A DNA stretch of 64,000 nt from an uncultured Gemmatimonadaceae bacterium (GCA_963843845.1 CAWJMB010000002.1:832001-896000), one strand, 5' to 3'; shown: positions 42,385 to 51,879, numbered from the stretch's first letter. A program made the numbers and translations. The notes: generated from the sequence alone by a model not told the origin.

Positions 42385-43785
42385 GTGCCTAACGCCGTCC
42401 TGCCGCGCGCCGCGCTGGCGCTCGCCTGTCTCGTCGCCGCCCCGCTCCGCGCCCAGCCGTCGTACGCGAAGGCGGACCACCCCGGCGCCGTGGCGGCGAC
42501 GCACGGGCTGCGCGCGAAGTTCTCCGACCTCTTCATCTTCGGCCCGGGCACGGACCCGCTGTTCCTCGCCGGCTCGGCGGGCGCGAGCAACCCCGCCAGC
42601 GTGCAGGTGCACGGCACGCACTTCATCCCCGCCGCCGCGGCGAGCAACGGCTCGGTGATCGGCTTCGTGACGCAGGCGCTCGGCACCTCGATCGCGAGCC
42701 TGCCGGTCGGCGCGACGACGGGCGGCGAGACGTTCCGCTTCGAGGGGGGCGTCCCGGTGAGCACGGGCAGCTCCGCGGGCCCCATCTTCGCCGAGCGCGC
42801 GCAGACCCTCGGGCGCGGGCGGATGCTCGTCGGGCTCTCGCGCAGCAGCTTCGCGTTCCGCACGCTGCGCGGCGTGCCGCTGAGCGACCTGCCGATCGCG
42901 TTCACGCACGAGAACGTGACCGACGCCGAGTCGCCGGGGTGCAGCACGACCGCGGGGGACAGCTGCGGCAAGATGGGCGTCCCCACGCTCGAGAACGAGG
43001 TGATCCAGGTGAACCTCGACCTCGACCTGCGCGTCGCCGTCACGTCGCTCAACCTCACCTACGGCCTGCGGAACCGCGTCGACGTCGGCGTGGTGCTCCC
43101 GGTGATCCAGAGCGACTTCCACGGCGCCAGTCAGGCGCAGGTGGTGCCGTTCGGCGGGCCGACCGCGGTGCACTTCTTCTCGGGCACGCCGCAGAACCCG
43201 GTGCTGAGCGCCTCGCGCGAGAGCTCGGGGAACGCCTTCGGCGTGGGCGACGTGGCGACGCGCGTGAAGGTCGACGTCAGCCCGAACGACAGGCTGGGGC
43301 TCGCGCTGCTCGTGGACGCCCGCTTCCCCACCGGCGACGTCGACAACTTCATGGGCACCGGGCGGTTCAGCGGGCGCGGGATCGTCGTCGCCTCGACGCG
43401 GCTGCAGGGCACCACGCCGCACGTGAACCTCGGCTACCTCGCGCGCGGGGGCGGCACGCTGAACGACGCCGTGCTCGCGACGGTGGGGGTGGACCAGCTC
43501 GTCAGCCGGCGCGTGACGCTGGCGGCCGACATGCTGAGCGAGCTGCAGGTCGGGCGCAGCAAGCTCTCGCTCCCCGGCGCGGTGCAGTACGACGCGCCGT
43601 TCCGCCGCACCGTGCGGCCGACCAACATCCCCGACACACGCGACGACCTCGTGAACGCGTCGTTCGGCGCGAAGTTCACGACGCCGAGCAAGATCACCGC
43701 GATCGCGAACCTGCTCGTGCCGCTGAACGACGGCGGGCTGCGCGCGCGGGCGACCTACACCTTCGGCCTCGAGTACGCGTTCTGA
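42385..43785 (+). CDS. Putative outer-membrane beta-barrel protein
   Basis: Signal (LRAQ); GPIFAERAQTLG, GVGDV, RFPTGD; C-terminal beta-signal YTFGLEYAF. Confidence 0.7.
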   Translation: MPNAVLPRAALALACLVAAPLRAQPSYAKADHPGAVAATHGLRAKFSDLFIFGPGTDPLFLAGSAGASNPASVQVHGTHFIPAAAASNGSVIGFVTQALGTSIASLPVGATTGGETFRFEGGVPVSTGSSAGPIFAERAQTLGRGRMLVGLSRSSFAFRTLRGVPLSDLPIAFTHENVTDAESPGCSTTAGDSCGKMGVPTLENEVIQVNLDLDLRVAVTSLNLTYGLRNRVDVGVVLPVIQSDFHGASQAQVVPFGGPTAVHFFSGTPQNPVLSASRESSGNAFGVGDVATRVKVDVSPNDRLGLALLVDARFPTGDVDNFMGTGRFSGRGIVVASTRLQGTTPHVNLGYLARGGGTLNDAVLATVGVDQLVSRRVTLAADMLSELQVGRSKLSLPGAVQYDAPFRRTVRPTNIPDTRDDLVNASFGAKFTTPSKITAIANLLVPLNDGGLRARATYTFGLEYAF

Positions 43786-43798
43786 CGCGGCTCGCCCC

Positions 43799-43882
43799 GC
43801 ACGCTCAGCGCACGCTCAGCGCACGCTCAGCGCACGCTCAGCGCACGCTCAGCGCACGCTCAGCGCACGCTCAGCGCACGCT
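43799..43882. repeat. 11-bp tandem repeat GCACGCTCAGC x7 plus partial
   Basis: Counted directly; includes the kinase stop codon at 43871-43873. Confidence 0.95.
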
Positions 43883-45763
43883 GACGAGCTGCCAGGTGCT
43901 TCCGTCGCGCCGAAAGGTCGCCTGGAAGTTGACGGGGGTGCGCTGGTGGTCGCCGTTGCGCGTCACGAAGTCGTAGACCCCCTCCAGCCGCGCGTCGGCG
44001 GTGGCGCCCGAGACGTCGAGGCCGCGCACGCTGAACGTCGCGTTCAGCGTGCGCACGCTGCCGAAGAAGCGAGCGAAGTTGCCGCTCTGCGCCGTCGTGA
44101 GCCCGCTGTAGGCGGCGCGCACCGCGTCCAGATCGCGTGCCTCGATCGCGCGCGCGTAGCGCGCCACCACCGCGGCGATCGCGTCCGCGGGGCTCGGTGT
44201 GGAGGCCGCGGGCTCCGGCGTCGGCGGCGCCACGGCGGTCGGCGCCGGGATGGCCGGCGCCGCGATCCGCTCGGCGACGGCCACCGTGACGGGCGGCTGC
44301 ACCGCGGGCGCGCGTAGCTCGGGCGTGGGCGCGCCGGCACTCCCCGCGGTCGGAGCGGCGCCGGTCGGCGCCGGCCGGCTGGAGGCAGGTGACGCGGACG
44401 CGGCGAGCGTCGTGGCGGCCACGCGGGACGGCGCCGGCGCGGGCCCGGCCGGCTTCGGCGCGCCGACGGGCGCCGGGCGCTCGGCGGCGGTCGCGTTCGG
44501 CGAGGTGAGCGCGTCGGTCCCGTTCGGCACGCCGGGGGCGCCAGGCGCGTCAGGCGCCGTGGGCGCGCCCGGCGCCGTGGGTGCGCCCGGCGCCGTGGGC
44601 GCGCCCGGCGCGGCGCTCGCCGCCGACGCGGCCGGCTGGGCGCTCGGCTCGGCGGCGGGCGTGCCGCGTGTGGCGAGCGCCGCCACACCCGCACCGGCGG
44701 CCACGATCACGACGGCGGCCGCGCCGGCGATCATGGCGCGCGACCGGCGCCGAGCGAGCACGCCTGCGGCCCCGGCGGCCGGCGGAAGGGTGGCAGCCGC
44801 GGGGGCGGCCGCAGGAGCGGCCGGCGCGGCCGGCGCGGCCGGCGCGGCCAGCGTGGCCGTCGCCGCGGGCATCGCCTGGCGCAGCTCGTCGGCGAGCCGC
44901 GCGTTGAGCGAGAGCGACGCCGACGGGCGCACGCCGACGGTCGCGCGCACCGCGGTCAGCGCGTTCGCCATGTCGAGCGCGCTCTGGTAGCGGTCGGCCG
45001 GGTCCTTGGCGAGCGCGCGCGCCACGATCGCGTCGAGCTCCGGCGGGAGGCCGGGGACGAGCCGCGACGGCGGCGCCGGCTCCGACTGCAGCACGCTGAA
45101 CATGACGGCGTGCAGCGAGTTCCCGCCGAACGCCGCCTCGCCGGTCAGCAGCTCGTGCAGCACCGCGCCGACGGCGAACACGTCGGCGAGCGGCGTGACG
45201 CTCTCCGTCGTGATCTGCTCCGGCGCCATGTACTTGGGCGTCCCCATCATCATCCCCGTGCGCGTCATCTTCGCCGAGGTGAGGTGGGCGACGCCGAAGT
45301 CCATGATCTTGGCGCGGTCGTCCTCGGTGATGCGGATGTTGGCCGGCTTGATGTCGCGGTGCACGATCCCGCGCCGGTGCGCGTAGGCGAGCCCCGAGAG
45401 CACGTCGACCGCGATGCCGAGCTTCGACGACAGGGAGAGGCGAGTCCCCTCGCGAGCCAGCAGCCCCTCGAGGTCCGTGCCGTCGAGGAACTCCATCGCG
45501 ATGAAGAGGTGGCCGTCGACCTCGCCGAAGTCGTAGATCGTCACGACGTTCGGGTGCTGGAGCGACCCCGCCGCGCGCGCCTCGCGGTGGAAGCGCTCGC
45601 GCAGGTCCGCCTCGTTCGCCACCGCGTCGCCCATGACCTTGACGGCCACCACGCGGTTGAGCACCGGGTCCTGGGCGCGGTAGACGGCGCCCATGGCGCC
45701 CTCGCCGACCAGCTCCTCGATGACGTACTTCCCGATGGTGGCGCTCCGAAGAGGCTGCGGCAT
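43871..45763 (-). CDS. Membrane Ser/Thr protein kinase with Pro/Ala linker and C-terminal NTF2/SnoaL-like domain
   Basis: GEGAMG, VAVK, HRDIKPAN, DFG, YMAPE; TM; APGAPT repeats; YARAIEARDLDAV...WQLVSVR. Confidence 0.92.
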   Translation of the reverse strand: MPQPLRSATIGKYVIEELVGEGAMGAVYRAQDPVLNRVVAVKVMGDAVANEADLRERFHREARAAGSLQHPNVVTIYDFGEVDGHLFIAMEFLDGTDLEGLLAREGTRLSLSSKLGIAVDVLSGLAYAHRRGIVHRDIKPANIRITEDDRAKIMDFGVAHLTSAKMTRTGMMMGTPKYMAPEQITTESVTPLADVFAVGAVLHELLTGEAAFGGNSLHAVMFSVLQSEPAPPSRLVPGLPPELDAIVARALAKDPADRYQSALDMANALTAVRATVGVRPSASLSLNARLADELRQAMPAATATLAAPAAPAAPAAPAAAPAAATLPPAAGAAGVLARRRSRAMIAGAAAVVIVAAGAGVAALATRGTPAAEPSAQPAASAASAAPGAPTAPGAPTAPGAPTAPDAPGAPGVPNGTDALTSPNATAAERPAPVGAPKPAGPAPAPSRVAATTLAASASPASSRPAPTGAAPTAGSAGAPTPELRAPAVQPPVTVAVAERIAAPAIPAPTAVAPPTPEPAASTPSPADAIAAVVARYARAIEARDLDAVRAAYSGLTTAQSGNFARFFGSVRTLNATFSVRGLDVSGATADARLEGVYDFVTRNGDHQRTPVNFQATFRRDGSTWQLVSVR

Positions 45764-45955
45764 GTGTGCGGAGGCGAGGCGGAGGGGAGTCGGGCGCGCG
45801 TGCGGGACGCGGGAGGACGGCGCGACGGCCCGTCTTCCCATAGCCCGATTCGGGCGGCGACCCATCACGGCCGAGGCGCCGCACGCCGCGCGGCGACGGG
45901 ACCGGACGTGCCGACGGGATGGCTACGTGCGCCGGTCGACGCGCGTTGCCGAAGT

Positions 45956-47431
45956 CTACTCGGGCACGAGCTCGGCGTCCCCGGCGCGGCGGGCGCTCTC
46001 GCGCAGCAGCTCCCAGGCGCGCGCCACGTGCCGCTCCTCCGTGCGCACGTTGCCGATGGCGAGCCGCAGCGTGAAGCGCCCGCCGAGCTTCGTGTGCGAC
46101 AGGAAGACCTCGCCGGTCGCGTTCACCTCGTGCATGACGCGCTCGCTCAGCGCGTCGCGCTCCGCCTCGGAGGTCCCGTCGGGCGCGTAGCGAAAGCAGA
46201 CGAGCGAGAAGGGGTGCGGCGCCATGACCTCCCAGCCGGGCTCCGCGCGCACCCACGCCGCGAACGCCTGCGCGAGCCGCACGTGCTCCCGGATGCGCGC
46301 CGCGAGCCCCTCGGCGCCGAACGCGCGGATGACCATCCACAGCTTGAGCGCGCGGAAGCGTCGGCCGAGCTGCACGCCGTAGTCCATGAGGTTCACGACG
46401 TCGTCCTGCTCGCGCGTCACGAGGTACTCGGGGACGAGCGAGAACGCGCGCGTCAGCACGTCCGGCCGCCGCACGTAGAGCACCGAGCAGTCGACGGGCG
46501 TGAACAGCCACTTGTGCGGGTTCACGACGAGCGAGTCGGCGAGGTGCACGCCGTCGAGCACGTCCTGCATCTCGGGGACGATCGCCGCGACGCCGGCGTA
46601 CGAGGCGTCGACGTGCAGCCACGCGTCGTGCGCCCGGCACAGCTCCGCGATCTCGCCGACCGGGTCGACGCTCGTCGTGCTCGTCGTGCCGACCGTCGCG
46701 ACGACGGCGAGCGGCAGCATCCCCCGCGCGCGGTCCTCGGTCATCGCCGCGTCGAGCGCGTCGGGGCGCAGGCGGAACGCGTCGTCGGCCGGGATCCTGA
46801 CGACGTTCGCGCGGCCGATGCCCAACGCGATCGCCCCCTTGTCGACCGACGAGTGCGCGTGCTCCGAGCAGTACACGCGGAGCGTCGGCAGGTCGCTCCG
46901 GCCGGCCATCCCGCGCTCGCGGATCGCGAGCGCCGGCTTCGCCTCGCGCGCCGCCGCGAGCGCGAGCATCGTCGAGATCGACGCCGTGTCGTTGATGTGC
47001 CCGTGCCACCCGGGCCCCAGCCCCAGCAGCTGCCGCAGCCAGTCGCAGACGAGCAGCTCGAGCTCGGTCGCCGCGGGACTCGTCTTCCACAGCATCGCGT
47101 TCACGTCGAGCGCCGCCGTCAGCAGCTCGGCGAGGATCCCCGGCGCGCTGCTCGAGATCGAGAAGTAGGCGAAGAACGCGGGGTGGTTCCAGTGCGTGAT
47201 CCCGGGGAGGATCGTCCGCTCGAAGTCGGCGACGATGGTGCCTAACGGCTCTCCCTCGCGCGGCGGCGCGTCGGGGAGCGCGCCGCGCACGTCGCCCGGC
47301 GCCACCCGCGCGAGCACCGGGTACCGCTCCGGGTGCGCGAGGTACTCGGCGATCCAGTCGACGAGCGTGTGGGCGTGGCGCGCGAACTCCTCGGCCGGAA
47401 GGTCGCCGAGCGGCGGGGGCAGTGGCGGCAT
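45956..47431 (-). CDS. PLP-dependent aromatic L-amino acid decarboxylase (group II)
   Basis: THWNHPAFFAYF, SPAATELE, AHSSVDK, WLHVDASY, NPHKW, GRRFRALKLW. Confidence 0.92.
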   Translation of the reverse strand: MPPLPPPLGDLPAEEFARHAHTLVDWIAEYLAHPERYPVLARVAPGDVRGALPDAPPREGEPLGTIVADFERTILPGITHWNHPAFFAYFSISSSAPGILAELLTAALDVNAMLWKTSPAATELELLVCDWLRQLLGLGPGWHGHINDTASISTMLALAAAREAKPALAIRERGMAGRSDLPTLRVYCSEHAHSSVDKGAIALGIGRANVVRIPADDAFRLRPDALDAAMTEDRARGMLPLAVVATVGTTSTTSVDPVGEIAELCRAHDAWLHVDASYAGVAAIVPEMQDVLDGVHLADSLVVNPHKWLFTPVDCSVLYVRRPDVLTRAFSLVPEYLVTREQDDVVNLMDYGVQLGRRFRALKLWMVIRAFGAEGLAARIREHVRLAQAFAAWVRAEPGWEVMAPHPFSLVCFRYAPDGTSEAERDALSERVMHEVNATGEVFLSHTKLGGRFTLRLAIGNVRTEERHVARAWELLRESARRAGDAELVPE

Positions 47432-47531
47432 GCCCCGAAGCTAGCGCGCCGCGCCGTCGATACCATTCGGCGGGGCGGGCGCGGCGCGCGCCCCGCGGGC
47501 GCCTAACGAACGGAACGGACGGGGAGTCGGG

Positions 47532-48518
47532 ATGCGGATCGGGATCGTCGGCGCGGGCGCCATCGGCGGGTGGCTCGGGGTGCGGCTCGCCGCGGCGGGG
47601 CACGACGTGTCGGTGCTCGCGCGCGGCGCCACGCTGAGCGCGCTGCGCGCCGCGCCGTGGCGCCTCGACCTCGGCGGCGAGACGCTCCGCGCCGACGTCC
47701 GGGCCGCCGACGACGCCGCGGCGCTCGGCGCGCAGGACGTGCTGTTCCTGACGGTGAAGGGGCCGGCGCTCCCCGCGCTCGCGCCGCGCCTCGCCCCGCT
47801 CGTCGGCGCCGAGACGGTCGTCGTGCCGGCGATGAACGGGGTGCCGTGGTGGTTCCTGCTGGGCGGCGGCGGCGAGCTGCCGCCGACCGCGCTCGCCTCG
47901 GTCGACCCCGACGGCGCGATCGCGCGCGCGATTCCGTTCGCGCGGGTGCTCGGCTGCGTCGTGCACGCGTCGGCCGCGGGCGTCGCGCCGGGCCACGTGC
48001 GGCACCAGGCGGGAAACCGGCTCATCCTCGGCGAGCCGTCGGGCGACGCGTCGCCGCGCCTCGCGCGCGTCGTCGACGCGCTCGCCGCGGCGGGGTTCGC
48101 GGTCGAGGCGAGCGCGCGCATCCGCCACGCGATCTGGTACAAGCTGTGGGGCAACATGACGATGAACCCCATCTCGGCGCTCACCGGCGCGACGTGCGAC
48201 CGCATCCTCGACGACGCGCTCGTCGAGCGGCTCGCGCTGCGCGTGATGGCGGAGGCGAAGGCGATCGGCGCGCGCATCGGCACGCCGATCGCCGAGCGCG
48301 GCGAGGACCGCACGCAGGTCACGCGGCAGCTCGGGGCGATCCGGACGTCGATGCTGCAGGACGCCGACGCCGGCCGCCCGCTCGAGCTCGACGCGATCCT
48401 CGCCGCCCCGCGCGAGATCGCCGAGCGGCTCGGACAGGAGACGCCGCACCTCGACGCGCTGTTGGGCCTCGCGCGCCTCTTCGCGCGGACGCGGGGGTTG
48501 TACCCTCCGGCGGCCTGA
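47532..48518 (+). CDS. 2-dehydropantoate 2-reductase family protein
   Basis: GAGAIGG, NGVPWW, WYKLWGN, TSMLQD, RPLELD. Confidence 0.88.
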   Translation: MRIGIVGAGAIGGWLGVRLAAAGHDVSVLARGATLSALRAAPWRLDLGGETLRADVRAADDAAALGAQDVLFLTVKGPALPALAPRLAPLVGAETVVVPAMNGVPWWFLLGGGGELPPTALASVDPDGAIARAIPFARVLGCVVHASAAGVAPGHVRHQAGNRLILGEPSGDASPRLARVVDALAAAGFAVEASARIRHAIWYKLWGNMTMNPISALTGATCDRILDDALVERLALRVMAEAKAIGARIGTPIAERGEDRTQVTRQLGAIRTSMLQDADAGRPLELDAILAAPREIAERLGQETPHLDALLGLARLFARTRGLYPPAA

Positions 48519-48545
48519 CGGCGGGTGCCTGACGGCGGGTGCCTG
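48513..48545. repeat. 14-bp tandem duplication containing the stop codon
   Basis: gcctgacggcgggt x2 plus gcctg. Confidence 0.8.
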
Positions 48546-48627
48546 GAACCTGCTGGCTGACTCGTCACTCGTTCGGGATAGCACGAGCCGGGTCGACGCG
48601 GCGCGCGGGAAGGCCGCGTCTCCGGCT

Positions 48628-49773
48628 TCAGCCTGCCACGAGGAGCGCCGCGAGCTCGCGCGCCGCCGCGTCAGGCGCCCCCGCCGCGAACGAGGCCGCC
48701 GCCCGGCCGCACAGCGCGCCGAGCACGTTCCCCGTGCCGCTGTAGGCGCCGCACGCCCACACCCCCGGCCGCGCCTCGACGAGCAGCGGCAGCCCCGTGT
48801 CCGAGTAGGAGACGAGCGACGCCCACCGCCGCTCGACCGGCGCGCGCACGCCGACCCGCTCGCGCAGCGTCGCCTCGAGCGCGCGCTGCACCGGCGCCGT
48901 CGGCACCGCGTCGTGCGTCCACTCCGCGTCGCCGCCGACGTCGCGCGCCCCGCCTAACGCGACCGCGCCGCCCGCGAGCTGCTGCCAGTAGTCGTAGCCC
49001 CAGCGCGTGTAGACCGGGCGCGGCAGCGCGACCTCCGCCGTCGGCGCGGTCGCGAGCATCTGCAGCCGCGCCGTGCGCGCGCGCGGCGCCAGCTCGGGGA
49101 GCACGCGGTCGAGCGCGCCGTCGACGGCGACGACGACGGCGCGGCAGCGCACCGCGCCCGACGGCGTGACGACGGCGTCGCCGGCGATCTCGATCGCGGG
49201 GCTCCGCTCGAACAGCCGCGCCCCCTCGGCGAGCGCGGCGCGGGCGAGCGCGCGCACGCGGCGCATCGGCTGCATCGCGGCGTCGGTGGGGATCAGCAGC
49301 CCCTCCCCCTCCGGCCCCTCGTACCACTCGGCCGGCAGCGCGTCGGCGCGCATCGCGTCGAGCTGCGCGCGGCAGTCGTCGCGCTCGTCGGCCGACGCGG
49401 CGACGCGCAGCGAGCCGACGCGCCGCACGGCGTCGGGCGACTCGGCCGCGATGCGCGCGATCTCGGGGATCGTCATCGCGTAGAGCCGGCGCGCCCGCTC
49501 GCGGCCGTGGCGCGCGACGGCGTCGTGGTGGAAGTCGTAGAGCCCCGCGAGCAGGAAGCCGCCGTTGTGCCCCGCCGCGCCACCGGCGACCGTCCCCGCG
49601 TCGACGCCGACGACCGAGCGCCCCATCGCCCGCAGCGTCCGCACCGCCGCCAGCCCCGATCCGCCCAGCCCGACGACGCACACGTCGGCCGAGACGTCGC
49701 TGCCTAACGGCGCGAGCGCGAGTCCGGGGGCGTCGTCCCAGACCGGCGGCGCCGCGGCGAGTGCGTCGCTCAC
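48628..49773 (-). CDS. FAD-dependent oxidoreductase (DAO family)
   Basis: DVCVVGLGGSG, GAAGHNGG, GAYSGTG. Confidence 0.88.
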   Translation of the reverse strand: MSDALAAAPPVWDDAPGLALAPLGSDVSADVCVVGLGGSGLAAVRTLRAMGRSVVGVDAGTVAGGAAGHNGGFLLAGLYDFHHDAVARHGRERARRLYAMTIPEIARIAAESPDAVRRVGSLRVAASADERDDCRAQLDAMRADALPAEWYEGPEGEGLLIPTDAAMQPMRRVRALARAALAEGARLFERSPAIEIAGDAVVTPSGAVRCRAVVVAVDGALDRVLPELAPRARTARLQMLATAPTAEVALPRPVYTRWGYDYWQQLAGGAVALGGARDVGGDAEWTHDAVPTAPVQRALEATLRERVGVRAPVERRWASLVSYSDTGLPLLVEARPGVWACGAYSGTGNVLGALCGRAAASFAAGAPDAAARELAALLVAG

Positions 49774-49804
49774 GCGGGCGAGTGAGTCGTGCGCCGAGCC
49801 CGGG

Positions 49805-50608
49805 TCACGCGCTCACCGCGGGCGTCCAGATGCGCCCTTCGATCCGGTCGACGTCGTCGCGCGCCGGGGGCAGCGCGGCGAGCGACGCGCGCGACGCCCA
49901 CATGCCTGACGCGGCGGCGAGCGCGTCGAAGCGGTGATCGTCCTCGGCCGCGGCGCGCCGGGTGTCGACGTCGACGCGCGGCGCGTGCGCGGCGAGCCAG
50001 TCGAGGCGCTGCACGCCGCTGCTCTTCGTCACCGCGTCGCCGTACGCGGTGCGCGGGTAGATCTCGACGACGACGGACTGCGACGCGTTCGGCACGTCGA
50101 ACGGCCAGACGGCGAGTCCGGCGGCACGCAGCAGCAGCAGGAACGGCATGCCGCGCAGCGACGACTTGCCGACCTGCCCGCTGCCGCCGATCTGGAACAC
50201 CGACTTCGGCGTGATGCGGGTGCCGGCGCTCACCTCGCGCTCGGTGCGCCGATACGCCGGGCGCGCGTCGCCGCCGGCGGCGCGCGCGAGCTGACTCGTG
50301 CTGAACGGCGCGGCGGCGTTCGCGAGCCACCGCTCGCCGCGCGCCGCGACGCGCCGCCAGAACGCGTGGGCGTCGCCCGCCTTCTCGCGCGCGACGAACC
50401 ACGCCGGGTAGGAGAACGCGAAGTCGAGCCCGACGGCGACGCGCTCGTGCCGGGCGGCGCCGATCACGTACGCGACCGCCTCCTCGCGACTCGTCGGTGA
50501 GACGAGCGTGACGTCGGACTCGGCGCGCACGTCGGCGATCGCGAGTCCGCCGGCCGGCTCCCGCGCGCCGCTCCAGTCGATGGCGATGACGCGGCTGATG
50601 CGACTCAC
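49805..50608 (-). CDS. DUF429-like protein (predicted RNase H-like fold)
   Basis: IAIDWSGA, VGLDFAF, RRTE, VEIYP, FDAL. Confidence 0.55.
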   Translation of the reverse strand: MSRISRVIAIDWSGAREPAGGLAIADVRAESDVTLVSPTSREEAVAYVIGAARHERVAVGLDFAFSYPAWFVAREKAGDAHAFWRRVAARGERWLANAAAPFSTSQLARAAGGDARPAYRRTEREVSAGTRITPKSVFQIGGSGQVGKSSLRGMPFLLLLRAAGLAVWPFDVPNASQSVVVEIYPRTAYGDAVTKSSGVQRLDWLAAHAPRVDVDTRRAAAEDDHRFDALAAASGMWASRASLAALPPARDDVDRIEGRIWTPAVSA

Positions 50609-50654
50609 GCGAATGAGGCGGAGGGACGGAGCATCCCCGCGCCTTCGTTCGTCG

Positions 50655-51794
50655 TCACCGCTCCGGCAACGACGCCAGGAAGGGCGCGACCAGCTCCTTC
50701 CAGACGAGCGGCAGCGTGTGCGTGCCGTGGCCGCGCGTCGCCGGGCCGGTCGGGATCAACACGTACCGTCCGTGCGTCACGCTCGGCATCAGCTTCTCCA
50801 TCAGGCCGAGCGACGGCGGGTTCACCTCGTCGTCCTCCGAGTTGATCGCGAGCACCGGCGCCGTGATGCGGCCGAGTACCGCCGAGGGGTCGTAGTCGCG
50901 CGACGACTCGAACTGGTAGAGGAAGTCGTTCGCGTCGGTCGTGCGCATCCGGTCGGTCATGTAGCGCACGATCGCGCTGTCTGCGGCGTCGCGCGTCGGC
51001 GTCTGCGTGTGCTGGTAGGCGGGCGCCGCGCCCATCATCCACAGCATCGCGATCGCCGTGCGCAGCCCCGCAGGGGGCGACGTGTAATTCCCGTTCTGCC
51101 ACGTCGGATCGGTGCGGATCGCGTCGATCGCGATCTTGCGCATCATGCGATTGCGCCCCGCGATCTGCGTCGGCGCGCAGGCGAGCGGCACGAGGCCGTC
51201 CATGAATCCGGGATACGCCGCGCCCCACATCCAGGCGTGCATGCACCCCATCGACGTGCCCATGATCGCGCGCAGGTGGTCGACTTTCAGCCCCTCGGTC
51301 ACGAGCAGATGCTCGCCGCGCACCATGTCGCCGTAGCCGTACCGCGGAAACGACGCGCGCAGCCCGTCGCTCGGCTTGCTCGACCCCCCGTGGCCGATGT
51401 CGTCGGGGAGGATGACGTAGAAGCGTGTCGTGTCGAACATCGCGCCGGGCCCGTACATCTCGCGCGCGTAGGCCGGCGAGAGGAACTGTGTCCCCGCACC
51501 GCCGGTGCCGTGGAGAATGAGCACCGCGTTGCGCACGGTGCCGCGCGCGTCGCGCCGCGGCGTGCCTAACGTGCGGTAGTGCAACCGGAGCGTCGGCAGC
51601 GTCTCGCCGCTCTCGAAGCGGAAGTTCGACGTCGTGAAGTCGCCTTCCGTGGCGCGAACGAGTTGCGCGGACGCCGGGTGCGACGGCAGCGCGAGCGCGG
51701 CGAGCGCGGCGAGCGCGGCGAGCGCGGCGGCGAGAGCAGGAGCGAGGGAAAGCAGTCGACGGAGCACGAGGCGCGACGGAAGGGGGGAGGGCAC
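50655..51794 (-). CDS. Secreted homoserine O-acetyltransferase-like alpha/beta hydrolase
   Basis: Signal peptide; LHGTGG, GHGGSS, GTSMG, INSEDD, GHGTH. Confidence 0.85.
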   Translation of the reverse strand: MPSPLPSRLVLRRLLSLAPALAAALAALAALAALALPSHPASAQLVRATEGDFTTSNFRFESGETLPTLRLHYRTLGTPRRDARGTVRNAVLILHGTGGAGTQFLSPAYAREMYGPGAMFDTTRFYVILPDDIGHGGSSKPSDGLRASFPRYGYGDMVRGEHLLVTEGLKVDHLRAIMGTSMGCMHAWMWGAAYPGFMDGLVPLACAPTQIAGRNRMMRKIAIDAIRTDPTWQNGNYTSPPAGLRTAIAMLWMMGAAPAYQHTQTPTRDAADSAIVRYMTDRMRTTDANDFLYQFESSRDYDPSAVLGRITAPVLAINSEDDEVNPPSLGLMEKLMPSVTHGRYVLIPTGPATRGHGTHTLPLVWKELVAPFLASLPER

Positions 51795-51879
51795 GGGTCC
51801 GACGTCGTAGTATGGCAGCGCGACACCTCCCGGATAATCCCGACGCGCCGTGGAAGCCGACCGACTCTCGGATCAGCCG

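Noticed and set aside
45956..47431. Aromatic amino acid decarboxylase as a tailoring enzyme for the Phe-terminated peptide
   Set aside because: Group II PLP decarboxylases need a free alpha-amino group; the gene is on the other strand, separated by a kinase, and is common on its own.
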